Of a stretch of DNA of 64,000 bases, positions 45,961 through 58,689 are shown piece by piece. Under the pieces are notes generated by a model, which worked only from the letters and a program-made list of their open reading frames with translations, ran no database searches and was not told where the DNA came from. The translations under genes were made by a program, and so were the position numbers. Origin of the DNA: Scyliorhinus canicula (Eukaryota); the NCBI RefSeq assembly GCF_902713615.1, contig NW_024055445.1, positions 124,001 to 188,000 of the forward strand, in the 5' to 3' direction. Within the stretch, counting starts at the first letter, position 1. Every line of letters starts with the position of its first letter.

Positions 45961-46292
45961 TGGCCTCATTTGCATTTTATATTACATGGTGGCTGAAATA
46001 ATGGGGGAAACGCTCTGCTCTTCTCTTTCAATCCAATGAAAGATACACCATTCAGATTACATCAAAATATGTTTTTTTTTTATAGAGACGGAGAAAGAGG
46101 TGAGTTTCTGAACAAGTGACAAAAAGTAGGTGATTCCGAACGATAGAACCGATAGAAGATTCAATGTGGATGTGTGATTTAATCGGAAATGTTAGGATAA
46201 AATCATAGTTCTAGTCAAATTATGAAATGCTTGGTTACTTATAAATCACAAATACCAGAGTCTAACTTGTTGAATGGGCCATTCTCCCCCAG

Positions 46293-46592
46293 TGACACCG
46301 ACTCCGCCCACTCTCTACAGTCTGGTCTCCTCCTGTCAGCAACACAACACCGACGGCTCCGTGACCTACGGCTGTTTGGCGATGGACTACTCCCCAGAAA
46401 TCACCAGCCTCACCTGGAAGAACGATGGGCAGCTGATCACCACTGGAGTTAAGAAATACCCATCAGTAAAAAACAAGAAGGGAACCTACACCCTGAGCAG
46501 CCAGTTAACCATCACCGAGTCAGAGGGGGGATGCAGCAACATCAGCTGTGAGGTTCGACACAGCGTCTCAGACAAGAGCATTGGAATGGAAT
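46293..46592 (+). CDS. IGHM: IgM constant exon Cmu1
   Basis: AG/GT bounded; [15 protein letters not shown]...[11 protein letters not shown]...W...SSQLTI...ISCEVRH. Confidence 0.96.
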
Positions 46593-46800
46593 GTAAGTGT
46601 TGTGGAACCTGTGAGAAATAGAAAACCTATGATTACCTTATATAGGGTCTTGGATATAACTCATTTGTAATACTCTGCATATTCCTGATCCCTGGAAAAT
46701 CCAGTTTAGTGTCTATTGACCACAAACATTTTTAAAGTATATCAACTCATTTTGTTTATCAATTTCTTCTGCAAGAAATATCTCATTGTGTTTCTTGAAG

Positions 46801-47109
46801 GTCCCAGAATTTATGCTCCAAATGTTCTCCTCACCGTGAGTTCCAGTGAAGAAATCACAAGGCAGAAATTTGCAACCATCGTCTGTTCGATCAACGATTT
46901 CCATCCAAAGTCAATGACGGTGAAGTGGCTGAAGAATGGACAAGCCATGGGTTCAGGAATTGTCACCTCTCCCGCCTGTGAAGTTAGCAGGAACTTCTCA
47001 GCGAGCAGTCGGCTGACAGTCTCCGCTGGGGAATGGTTCAGCAAAGCGGTCTATACCTGCCAGGTCACTCATGAAGAGGTCACCCAAATTCACAACATCA
47101 CCGCGTCTG
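46801..47109 (+). CDS. IGHM: IgM constant exon Cmu2
   Basis: AG/GT bounded; [13 protein letters not shown]...KWLKNG...SSRLTV...EW...YTCQVTH. Confidence 0.96.
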
Positions 47110-47348
47110 GTAAGAGACACAAACAGAGGAAACAATAAATCATCCTGCACTCTGATGTTAATCCAAATCAGGAATTTACTGAAGTTAGTACAAAGCACAG
47201 AATAACTTCTAGTTTGCTGCCATGTAGTTTGTGTTTCATTCTGATGTAAGAGCTGCATTAGGATTGCTGACCATTCACGATTTTATGAATATAGAAATAA
47301 ATGTATCCCTATAATTTGAAGTAATTTAGTGAGTGAGGTGAATCAATG

Positions 47349-47525
47349 AAATGAAAATCGCTTATAGTCACAAGTAGGCTTCAAATGAAGTTACTGTGAA
47401 AAACCCCTCGTCGCCACATTCCGGCGCCTGTTCGGGGAGGCTGGTATGGGAATTGATCCCGCGCTGCTGGCCTTACTTGGTCTACTTTAAAAGTCAGCTA
47501 TTTAGCCCTGTGCTAAACCAGCCCC
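47349..47525 (-). mobile_element. Second SINE family copy in the Cmu2-Cmu3 intron
   Basis: Matches 8066-8240. Confidence 0.75.
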
Positions 47526-47963
47526 TGGTGGACTTGATATCAGCTTTATCCTCAGACAGCTGATTATATTTGAGAGTCAGTGGGTGTCTGGAACCTTTAA
47601 CTGATAACAGCTCCGGGGGAAGTGTTGGAAAGTTCATCCAACCTATTTATGGATCAGCCTCCAGTACTTCGTCCCTGAGATCAGGAATTGAATATTTGTA
47701 TTGGGAATGCTGCAATACTGATTCGTTAGAATGGCATCGGGGCTGACTGTATTTCACAATGAGAATAGTTTTCAGAAACCAAACTGGTCTTCCAATGCGT
47801 ATCGAGGATTAAAGGCGATCTTTAGGGGTTGATGCTTCGAAGTTGATTATTTCGAGGTTGATGTTTCGAAGTTGATTTATTCCCATTTAGAGTTCAGGCT
47901 GAATCCTGCTGACCTGATTCTGAAGATCAAACTTGGCTTGATTTCCACTTTTTTCATTCACAG

Positions 47964-48272
47964 ATCCTTCCATTTGCACTGATGCCTCAGTAACAATAGT
48001 GCCACCACCAATAGAACAGGTCTTACTGGAGGCGACTGTAACCTTAACCTGTGTCATTTCGAATGCTCCTTATGGAGTCAACGTGTCCTGGAGTGAAGCT
48101 AAGAAGCTGCTGAAATCAGAGATCGCCGACGAGCCTGGGGCAGATACTGAGAGCGTGCTCAGCAAATTAAACATCTCGACACAAGCCTGGCTGAGTGGGG
48201 CTGTGTTTGACTGTGTGGCGAGCCATCAGGACCTGCCAACTCCTTTAAGAATTTCAATTCACAAAAAAATAG
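47964..48272 (+). CDS. IGHM: IgM constant exon Cmu3
   Basis: AG/GT bounded; [10 protein letters not shown]...VSW...[26 protein letters not shown]. Confidence 0.96.
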
Positions 48273-48539
48273 GTGAGCGGTGAGACTGAAGCAATAATTG
48301 AGCCATTGTGTCTATTTCTAGTGTCAGTGCAGCGGTCAGTATTTAGCATTCAGTGTATTTATGGTCCATTCTGATTGGTAATTCCACTAACTAAATACTC
48401 TGGGCGTTTAGAGTTTCAGGGGGAAATTGATATGTAGATGAATGAACAATGAATTAAACCCAGTGATATTGGGTGTAGATCAAGCGAGACCATAGACCAC
48501 AAGACTTAGGAGCAGATGTAACCCATTGGGCCCATCAAC

Positions 48540-49510
48540 ACCGGTCCAGCCTTCAGTGAGTTCAAGCCTGATCTGATGTGATAACCTTCAACTCCTCTTT
48601 CCCACCTTATCCCCATATCTCTTGACGGTTTTACTGATTTAAAATATGTGTCCCTCAACCTTGAACGTACTGACCGACCCAGAATCTGAGGTCGCCTTCA
48701 TTCTTCTAAACTCCAATCAGTACAGCCCAGCCGACTTAACCTCTCCCCGAAAGAAAATCCCTCCATACCCGGGATCAACCTTGTGATCCTTCTCTGGACT
48801 GCCTTCAAAACCAATCTGTCTTCTTTAGATAAGGGCACCAAAGCTATTCAAAATATATCAGGTGTTGTCTAACTAATTCCCCAGTTTTAGCTAGGCTTCC
48901 CCATTGTTATATTCTACTCCTTTTAAAATAAAGATCAGCATTCAATTTGTCTCCATATTACCTGCAAAACTTACTTTTTGTGGTTTCTGCACGAGGGCCC
49001 CCAATTCCCCCGTTACTTCAGCTTTCTTCAGTCTTTCTCCATCTAAATAATAATTCTTTATGTTCTTCCTCCTACCAAAGTGTCTAACCTCACATTCTCT
49101 GTCCCTCTGTGGATTTTCTGTAATCCTCACCACTTGCCTTTCTACCTATTTTTTGTCATCTGCAAACATGGGAATAGTACATTCATTTATCAAACACCGT
49201 TTTGAAATTCATGTATATTACATCTATTGCCCCACCCCCTCCCCCTCCCTCTCTCGCCTTCTCGTCATCACCTCAAATAAGGGCACTAAATTTGTCAGGC
49301 ATGATTTACCCTTCCCGAAGCCGGACTGACTCTGTTTGATTATATTGAGTATTTATAAATGCTCAGCTATTGGATCTGTTATAATGGACTCGAACCGTTT
49401 TCCACTGACAGATGTTAAGGTCCCTGGCCTATAGTTACCTGTGTTTGACTCCCTTCCCTTTTGAATAAGGATGTTACATTGGCAGTTGTCCAATCTTCTT
49501 GGGGTAAGGT
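48540..49510 (-). mobile_element. Degenerate CR1 LINE fragments in the Cmu3-Cmu4 intron
   Basis: Minus strand gives CEVRHFGRRK and GNYRPGTLTSVSGKRFESII, typical CR1 RT-region motifs. Confidence 0.65.
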
Positions 49511-49797
49511 GGGAGGAGCCTCGTGTGGAGTTTATACACCAGCACAGAACAGTTGGGCCGAATGACCTGTTTCCCTGCTGTTCACTTTCTGAAACTTTCG
49601 AATCCAATATCCGTAAATTCTCAGGGAAAAGGATTGTGTCCACCTCTGCTCCGAGCTGGGAACCCGGACAGACCCCAAAGTGGAAAATGGAAACCTTTAA
49701 AATCCAACACAAAACACATTTCTCCCACATCTAACCCGCGGTTCCATTGTCTCCGGAATTCCCCATTTTATTGACATTTATTGTACATTTTCTGCAG

Positions 49798-50189
49798 ATC
49801 CCAATCCGCGGGAACCGTCCGTCTCTGTCCTCCTGCCCTCGGCTGAAGACGTCTCCGCTCAGAGATTCGTCTCCCTCAGCTGCTTAGTGAGAGGTTTCTC
49901 CCCCCGAGAGATCTTCGTCAAGTGGACCGTCAATGACAAGCCGGTGAATCCCGGGAACGACAAGAACACCGAGGTGATGGCGGAGAACGGCAATAGCTCC
50001 TTCTTCATGTACAGCCTGTTATCCATTGCAGCGGAGGAGTGGGCCAGCGGCGCTTCTTACTCCTGTGTGGTGGGACATGAAGCCATCCCCTTGAAGATCA
50101 TCAACAGAACGGTTGATAAATCCAGCGGTAAACCCAGTTTTGTGAACATTTCCCTCGCTCTGATGGACACCGTTAATTCATGTCAATGA
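49798..50189 (+). CDS. IGHM: IgM Cmu4 plus secretory tailpiece; membrane-form donor after 50127
   Basis: [18 protein letters not shown]...[11 protein letters not shown]...[22 protein letters not shown], with tail N-glycan site and penultimate Cys. Confidence 0.97.
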
Positions 50190-50216
50190 GAATCGATTGG
50201 TTATATTTCGAACTAA

Positions 50217-50231
50217 AATAAAAATAATAAA
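50217..50231 (+). terminator. Secretory poly(A) signals
   Basis: AATAAA at 50217-50222 and 50226-50231, about 30-40 nt after the stop. Confidence 0.8.
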
Positions 50232-50307
50232 AACGTTTCCTCTAATTGTGATTTAAACATACAGCCGCTTGATTAATGGTGTTTCCACTTTACTGATGTT
50301 AGATCTG

Positions 50308-50488
50308 AAAATGAAATGAAAATCACTTATTGTCGCAAGTAGGCTTCAGTCAAGTTATTGTGAAAAGCCCCTCAGCGCCACATTCCGGCGCCTGTTCGGG
50401 GAGGCTGGTACGGGGATTGACCCGTGCTGCTGGCCTGTATTGGTCTGCTTTAAAATCCAGCGATTTAGCCATGTGCTAAACCAGTCCC
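50308..50488 (-). mobile_element. Second SINE family copy
   Basis: Matches 47349-47525. Confidence 0.75.
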
Positions 50489-50840
50489 TGGTCAATGAGA
50501 CCCGGATTTCTACAGGTCTCGGCCCCAAGTCTGATACAACCAGAGCTCCCAGCTCAGATACACCCTGGATTAGAGACAGAGTAAAACTCATTCATTCCAG
50601 GATTCAGCAAAATATCTTCATTGACTTTCCTCCAGCTGAGGAGAAATCGGACAATTTCCCATTTCAGACAAACAAACCCATCACATTTAGATCTCGGTGT
50701 TCCTGCTTCTCTCATTGTCCATCCCTTTAAAATTAATGTCAGCTTTAAGTTGCTGCATGAGACCCACTGGGAACTGGTTTGAGGGTCACACAGAAACATG
50801 GACCAACAATCTCCAGTCAAAGAGAGGGGAAAGTGAAATT

Positions 50841-51530
50841 GTTAATCCACTGTACCCCCACCTCCCCAACAGAGAGAGCGGGAGGGGTATTAGTTATTCC
50901 ACTGTCTCCCCACCCACCCACCTCCCCCACAGAGAGAGGGGAAGGGCATTAGTTAATCCACTGAACCCCCACTTCCCCAATAGAGGGAGGGGGAGGGTCT
51001 TTAGTGAATTCACTGTACCCCCACTTCCCCAACAGAGAGAGTGGGAGGAGCTTTAGTTAATCCACTGTACCCCCACTTCGCCAACAAAGAGAGGGGGAGG
51101 GGCATTAGTTAATCCACTGTACCCCACCTCATCAACAGAGAGAGTGGGAGGGACTTTAGTTAATCCACTGTACCCCCACTTCACCAACAAAGAGAGGGGC
51201 ATTAGTTAATCCATTGTCTCCCCACGTCCCCAACAAAGAGAGCAGTTGGGGCATTACTTAACACATTGTGCCCCCACTTCCCCAGCAAAGCGAGGGGAGG
51301 AGCATTAGTTAACACATTGTGCCCCCACTTCCCCAACAAAGAGACGGTGGTGGGCTGAGTTAATCCACTGTACATCCGCTTCCAACAATGAGGGGGGTGT
51401 ACATTAGTTAATCCACTGGACATCCGCTTCCAAAAATGAGTGGAAGGACATTATTTAATCCACTGCCTCCCCACTTCCCCAACAAAGAGAGCAAAGGGGC
51501 AATACTAACCCATTGTACCTCCACTTTCCC
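50841..51530. repeat. ~52-bp minisatellite in the Cmu4-TM1 intron
   Basis: GTTAATCCACTGTACCCCCACTTCCCCAACA... recurs near 50841, 50892, 50952, 51004, 51057, 51108, 51159 and onward. Confidence 0.85.
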
Positions 51531-53351
51531 AACCAAAAGAGGAGGAAGGTGATGAGTGAACTCTCTGTATCTCCACCTCCAGCAGGGAGAACCCAAAGGC
51601 AATTTGCTGAGCTGACCAGAGAGAGGGAGATTATTAACTCAATATCTTCCCAGTCCCCAAGCAGGGAGTTTGGAAGTAAACGGTTGTCTGGACTAAGAAC
51701 TCAGTTACTGACATTACAAGACGCCATGTAGTTTACAGGCTGATACATTATAAAGATGTTCTTAAAATATCTATTTATGCAACATAATTTTTTTTAGCAC
51801 CCTTGTTCCTCTTATCCGTATGCTGAAACCGATTCCCCATAATCCAAATCCAGACTGGTGATTGAATTCTCTCTGGGTTTTCACTGTTCTCTCCCGAGGA
51901 GCCTCCTCGTATTTTTGCATTAGGTCACCTGATGTCAACTTGCAACTCACGGAAAACACATTTATATGCAGAAAGTTCAACATATTCTACATCGGTATCA
52001 ATAATACCCACAACTAGCAAAGCTACAGGCAGCTGATACAAATACACAGACAGATAAACAGACACAGACACTACACACACATGCACACAGACCCACAAAC
52101 ACACACACGCTCACAAGTAGACACAAACACACACATAGAAACACATGCACAAACATACACCCAGGCACAACGGACCACACATATTTTGACACAAAAACAC
52201 ACGCAAATGCGCACAAAAATTCACAAGCATGCACATAAACACAAAAAGCACATGTTTAGAAACACACAGACTCACGTGCACATCCACACATACAAACACA
52301 ATTCCACACACACAAGTGGGTACACGCGTGTACACAGACATATACAACCACATGTCCACACAGATACACAGACATATACAACCAGACAAGCAGGCTGACA
52401 GAAGAATATGAAACAGAAATGTAACCAATAACATGTAAATTAGCAGAATTTCACGATGACAGAAATATTTCCATTCAAACAGAGACAATAATCCACACTA
52501 ACGGACACACGTAGATACATATTAGCTGACTCGTACACACGCTAACACGAACACATATGAATACACATAGAGTCATCAACACACATCAATAGATAGTTAT
52601 AATCAAACATCAACGCATAAATAGCACCTCTGCCTCACAGCGCCATAATCCCGGGTTCAATTCCAGCCTTGGGTGATTGTCTGTGTGGAGTTCCCACGTT
52701 CTGCCGGGTCTGTTCCTGTTTCCTCCGCGTGCTCCAGTTTCCTCCCACAGTCCAAAGATGTGCAGGTTAGGTGGATTGGCCAGGCTATATTACCCCTTAG
52801 TGCCCACAACGTTAGGTGGGGATACGATGTTCTGGGGACAGGGCAGGGGCATGCGTCCAGGCAGACTGCTCTTTCGGAGGGTCGGTGCAGACTCAATGGG
52901 CCGAATAGCCTCGTTCGGCACAGTAGGGATTATATTTAATGATGATTCTATGAAGAAATACACGCATCAACAAACACACACACACACAAACGCACTTATC
53001 CAGACACAAACATTAAGACAATGACATGCATGTTGAACGTACAAAGACACATTAACACTTTCATTACTGGACAGGGAAGTATAAACTTATATTGACATAG
53101 GCATTAATATATAAACATAGACTTCAACACACAAACACACACAATAAAACACTCATATGTACACATTAACAGAAGATAAACAAAGTTCACACAGGCGCTG
53201 ACACACAAATACACAGATCAATACTCATTGACACATGAACACACAATGACACTTATAAAGACATCGGGACACACAAAAGAAGAGTAAAGAAATACGAATT
53301 TCGCATCCACACAGGCACAAAAGCTAAAGAACAAACACAGACGTCAGGCAA

Positions 53352-53540
53352 GGGCGGCACGGTGGCATAGTGGTTAGCACTGCTGCCTCACGCCACCATG
53401 GACCTGGGGTTGATCCCGCTCCTGGGTCTGTGTCCCAGTGGAGTTTCCCAGTGACACGTGGGTCTCACCCCGATAACCCAAAGATGTGCAGGGTAGGTGG
53501 ATTGGCCATGTTAAATTGCCCCTTAATTGGAAGAAAAAAG
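53352..53540 (+). mobile_element. tRNA-derived SINE (another at ~52622-52950)
   Basis: GGGCGGCACGGTGGCATAGTGGTTAGCAC head and V-SINE body. Confidence 0.75.
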
Positions 53541-53701
53541 TTACAGAGATCGATTTCCGAGTGTCATGAACTCAACAGTAGAAATGCAATGACAAATATA
53601 TTAAAGAATGAATTAGCAGCGGGAGAAAATGAAACGAGAATATTAAAAAACATATCCTGGATTAATAAACAAACTAATTATATTTGGCTCGATCCCCGTA
53701 G

Positions 53702-53829
53702 ATACCACAGACCACACCTGGACTGAAGACAATGAGGATGATAACGGGAACATCTGGACAACCGCTTCCACATTCATCACCCTGTTCTTCCTGAGCATTT
53801 CCTACAGCGCTGCAGTCACTCTGGTGAAG
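53702..53829 (+). CDS. IGHM: IgM TM1 exon
   Basis: Acidic spacer then NIWTTASTFITLFFLSISYSAAVTLVK (CART motif); AG/GT bounded and phase-compatible with the Cmu4 donor. Confidence 0.96.
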
Positions 53830-53969
53830 GTGAGAAGATTCAATCCACTCACACTTCAAACTGACAGAGGCCGTTTAAAACATCTCGAAATGTTTGATTG
53901 ATTAAAAACTCTAACATCAATGTCCCAGATCATAAACATCTGCTTCATCATTTTCTCTCTCTTTTACAG

Positions 53970-53978
53970 ATCAAGTGA
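53970..53978 (+). CDS. IGHM: IgM TM2 exon (IK-stop); poly(A) signal at 54419-54424
   Basis: CTTTTACAG/ATC AAG TGA gives a KIK cytoplasmic tail. Confidence 0.9.
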   Translation: MK

Positions 53979-54807
53979 TCGGTTGACGTTCGGACGCTGT
54001 AGATTTCCCTCAGCTGTTTATTATGATCTATGTGTGACACAAATACAATATCTCCTCTTGGTGACTCTCACAGTAAAATTATCTCAGTTTATTATTCTGC
54101 ATCGGTAACTGAGACAATCATGGACAGTATTTCTGCTTTTCAGTTTAAAATGTACGAGATAATTTTGGCTGTAATGTAATTGTAGCTAGTAATTTCTCTC
54201 AATGTCATGTCTAAATAAGTAACTTATCTCGGATCTTATTCACAACTCTTGCCTTCCCTTTATGTTGAGCTCCTGTTCTCTCTTGTGTCTGTTACAGTTG
54301 TACATACATTTGGCAGCTCAGAGGGCATGTGTTCTGTTATCAGTGTCACCCTCAATCGCTATGTTCCCTTTTGTAAACATCAAAATAAGCTTTTGTGTAA
54401 TATTTTCTCTGAAATTTTAATAAATATTGAATGAAAAAAGAAGAAAACAAGTCTAATCTGAACTCCTTTCTCTAAGGTCCATCGGCACTGATCCTTTTCC
54501 CCGATTATACAGTTTTCTCCCCTTTCCCAGACAGATATTTCTCACCAGTCCTGTCTGGGATGTGTCTGAACTCAAGGCCCCTCAGTTAAAGAGCCGCTGC
54601 GCCACCAAGCGGCCCATCCGGGTTAAGTCACCTTCACCTTTGCCTTTTTATGGTAAACTCCAGAGACCGAATGATTGCACAACTGAAGAATTCCACAGAT
54701 TCACTACCCTCTGATGGAAGAAATGTCTCCTCACCTCTGTCATAAATTTGAGACCCGTTCCTCAAAGTTATGCCCTCTGGTCCCAGACTCTCACACAAGA
54801 GGAAACA

Positions 54808-55075
54808 AGATGATTTTTCAGGCTGTGTAACTGGTTAAAGCTCTTTCCACAGTCAGTTCACTGGAACACTCCCACTCAGATGTGTGTGTGTCTCGGGGCT
54901 TTTCCAGTCACACTGATGTTTGAAATCTCTTCCCACAGTCAGAACAGACAAACACATTGACAGTTTGTGATATGTAGGTCCTAATGAATTGAGTCAGATC
55001 TTGATGTTATATTTGGTTCGAGTTGCCCAGCTGCCAAACCTCCCGTTCTAATGCCTGAAAAAGAAGTTTTGAACC
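54808..55075 (-). pseudogene. Truncated inverted relic of a ZNF coding-exon 5' part
   Basis: Reverse complement matches 60330-60440 (GACTGGAAAAGC...ACTGACTGTGGAAAGAGCTTTAACCAGTTACACAGCCTGAAAAA); preceded by a TTTTTCAG acceptor; no finger array follows. Confidence 0.7.
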
Positions 55076-56136
55076 AGAATATTGTTCCCAGTGTCTCTGA
55101 AACACTCTGTCCGCTGAGGAATCCACTGGGTGTGGAAGGTGTCACGCATTCCGGTGGATGCCACATGCTCCCTCTGCAAGACCACTGGGAATAGACAAGA
55201 CCACAGAACAGAAGTCGGCAGCCAGAGTAACCGCCCACCCCCTCCATAATAATAATAATAATCTTTATTGTCACAAGTAGGCTTACATTAACAATGCAAT
55301 GGAGTTACTGTGAAAAGCCCCTCGTCACCACACTCCGGCGCATGGTTGGGTCACAGAGGGAGCATTCAGAATGTTCAATTCACAGCACGTCTTTCGGGAC
55401 TTGTGGGAGCAACCCAGAGCACCCGGAGGAAACCCACGGGGAGAAAGTGCAGACTCCACACAGTCAGTGACCCAAGCTGGGCATCGGATCTGGGACCCTG
55501 AAACTGTGAAGCAACAGTGCTATCCTACCCCACCCAGCTACAATGCACTGTTTTAACCAGACTCAAAGTAGATTCAAGATGTCACACTCAGCACAAGAAT
55601 ATTAGATATTATAGACTGTCAGATCCACAAACTCTGCCAAAGAGGCTGCAAATTAACAGGTTACTGTGGACATTAAACTGTGGGCAATATTCGATGCTGT
55701 GACCAATACTTAGTTAAATACGGACCTGAATAACGAAACTTTGCAGCCACCTGTGCAGTTTAAATATGTCGTTGTGTCAGGATGAACCAGCATTTGAGGA
55801 ATATGAAATCTCGGGACTGTTGGTCTCCAAGTGCCGTATTGAACACAAGAGAATGACCTTGAATTGGGACAGAGATGAGCGTGAGTGAGCATCGTAAACT
55901 GCTATTGTATTGGGGTGTTCTGGGCCCCAAAATTTGAACCCTGCAGTTAATTGTCAGGGATGCAGTATAATAAACCCTGAACAAAGCAAATGTGTGTGTG
56001 AGAAGCAGCTGAAGCACCAGGAACCAGCTGAACGAGCAGAGCTGAATGTCTCCCAGTGCAGCCACAGGACTGAACTTATTCCAGCTTCCAAGCCCACCTC
56101 AGACCCAACCTCCTGGATATTCATCTACAAGAACAT

Positions 56137-56565
56137 TTGAGGACTTTGGGTCTGTACTCGTTGGGGTTTAGAAGGATGAGAGGGGATCTTATTGAAACTT
56201 ACAAGATACTGCGAGGCCTGGATAGAGTGAACATGAAGAGGATGTTTCCACTTGCAGCAAAAAATAGAACCAGAGGACACCATCTCAGACTACAGGGACG
56301 ATCCTTTAAAACAGATGAGGAGGAATTTCTTCAGCCAGAGGGTGGTGAATCTGTGGAACACTTTGCCGCAGAAGGCTGTGGCGTCCAATTCACTGAGTGT
56401 CTTTAAGACAGAGATAGATAGGTTCTTTATTAATAAGGGGATCACGGATTATGGGGAGAAGGCAGGGGAATGGGGATGAAACAATATAAACCATGATTGA
56501 ATGGAGGAGCTGAGTCGATGGGCCAAATGGCCTCATTCTGCTCCTATGCCTTATGGTCTTATAAG
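56137..56565 (+). mobile_element. CR1 LINE 3' end
   Basis: LRTLGLYSLGFRRMRGDLIETYKILRGLDRV...TRGH and the CR1 tail. Confidence 0.85.
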
Positions 56566-57165
56566 GAGCTTCAGAGACTCATGAGAATTATTTGCTTTTA
56601 AAAACGCTTCACTCCAACTAAAGGATCGGCTCAATAAGAAGACATCAGACCTGCAGCGATATAAAGATTGCAGTCTACATTCCATTTTCATCATCACAGC
56701 TTCAACTTGATCTGTACCTAATTTCTGTGTCTGTGTCAGTGAGTGAAAGAGCCGAGAGACTTAGATGCTCAAACATCCAGGGAAAGGTTGTGAAAATAAA
56801 TAACCTTTATTCCTTTAAAAATCACCAGTAAGCCTGCTGCTGAACTGTATTTTAAATAAAGAAATATCACGCTGAGGGTCAGAAAATATCACACAAACAT
56901 CCTGATAATGGACGGGAAAGGACCACGAAATGTAATCACCCGTTGTATAACCCCCTTCAGGTAGCTATATAGAGGCTGCAGCCTCTCACACTGAATGTCT
57001 CCGTGATCCATAGAGACCTCCAGGCTACAAACATCAGCTGCAGCCTGGGAGTGGGTGAAAGATCTTAAAAACCTGTTGGCTTGAATGTGCCCCGGGCACT
57101 AGGACCCGGCTGGAAACAGAAACCTTCAGGTCCCGACCACCAGCTGTTGCATCACCAAGACGCCA

Positions 57166-57204
57166 GCGCATGCGCTCTGCTTCCCCGGTGAACCAAGATG
57201 GCGG
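57166..57204 (+). promoter_or_regulatory. Candidate ZNF promoter: NRF1 and YY1 motifs
   Basis: GCGCATGCGC (57166-57175) and CAAGATGGCGG (57194-57204) in a CpG-richer patch about 3.3 kb upstream of the ZNF ORF. Confidence 0.55.
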
Positions 57205-58400
57205 TTGTGAAGCAGGGCCTTGTCCCGGGAGAGAGAGCTGACCGGCGGTGATGTGACCTGAGGATCACCACACCTCAGGCAAGGGGCCAGGTTGGGAAGG
57301 TGGTGCCTTCAGGAATAACTGGGAAGGTGATGTTTGGTCAGTTGCTGCAGTCTGTGTAGTGAAGGTGCTGTCACAGTGGTGTGAGGTAAGGAAGTACAGG
57401 ATTATCACCCAGCAATGATGAATTAAGGGGAATGTAAATCCAGCTCAGGCTGCTTTCAGATTGGAAAGGGAGCTAAGGTGTGTCCTTAGAGCTGGTGAAT
57501 GTTGTGGCTTTGCCAGTTTCTCTGTAAAGCCCTTCTCATTCATTCCCCCTTTTTACAGCACGGATAGAGGCTCTTTGGCCCATTCATAATAATCTTTAAT
57601 ATTAGTGTCACAAGTAGGTTTACACTAACACTGCAATGAAGTTGCTGTGAAAATCCCCCACTCGCCTGTTCAGGTACGCAGAGGAAGAATTCAAAATGTC
57701 CAATTCATCTAACAAGCTCATCTTTCCGGACTTGTTGGAGGAAATCGGAGCACCTGGAAGAACCCCACGTAGACATGGGGAGAACGTGCAGACTCCGAAG
57801 CCGGGAATCGACCCCAAGTCCCTGATGCTGTGAAGCAACAGTGCTAACCACTATGCTACCGTGCCGCCCAGAAGATTATTATATTACTAATTCTGGATGA
57901 ATTGTGTCCCAGGATGCTGTGGGAGGTGAGGGAGAGATTGCAGTGGCTCTTACCCAAAGATTTAACCATAAATTCGGCCTGTGATCCGTAGAATTTAGAA
58001 GGTTAAGGTGTGATCTGATTGAAGTATTTAAGATATTAACAGGGAAAGACAGGGTAGATAAAGATAAACTATTTCCACTGGTTGGAGATTCCAAAAGTAG
58101 GGATCATTGTCTAAAAATTAGGGCTTGACCATTCAGGAGAGATGTTCGGAAGAACTTCTTCACACACAGGGTGGGAGAGGTTTGAAACTCTTTCCCACAA
58201 ACAGCAGGTGAAGTTGCATCAGTTGTTAAGTTTAAATCTGAGGTAGAGTTTTGTTAAGCAAAGATATTAATGGATATGGAGTTAGATCACAGATCAGCCA
58301 TGATCTCACTAAATGGCAGGACAGATTCGAGGGGCTGAATGGCCTACTCCTGTCCCTATGTGTATTTCTGTAATTCTGAAATACAGACAATAATATGACA

Positions 58401-58638
58401 GGGGCAGCACGGTGGCGCAGTGAGGTTAGCCTTGCAGCCTCACGGCGCCGAGGACCCAGGTTCGATCCCGGCTCAGGGTCACTGTCCGTGTGGAGTTTGC
58501 ACATTCTCCCCATGACTGCGTGGGTTTCGGCCCCACAACCCAAAAATGTGCAGGCTAGGTGGATTGGCCACACTAAATTGCCCCTTAATTGGAAAAAAAA
58601 TGAATTGGGTACACTAAATTTTAAAAAGATAGTATACC
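58401..58638 (+). mobile_element. tRNA-derived SINE (another on the minus strand at ~57585-57870)
   Basis: Same family as 390-630; ATGACAGGG repeated at 58395-58403 and 58639-58647. Confidence 0.85.
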
Positions 58639-58689
58639 ATGACAGGGAAAGAGTTCGGATTAGAACCTGAGTTAGTCCGAGCTGCAAAC

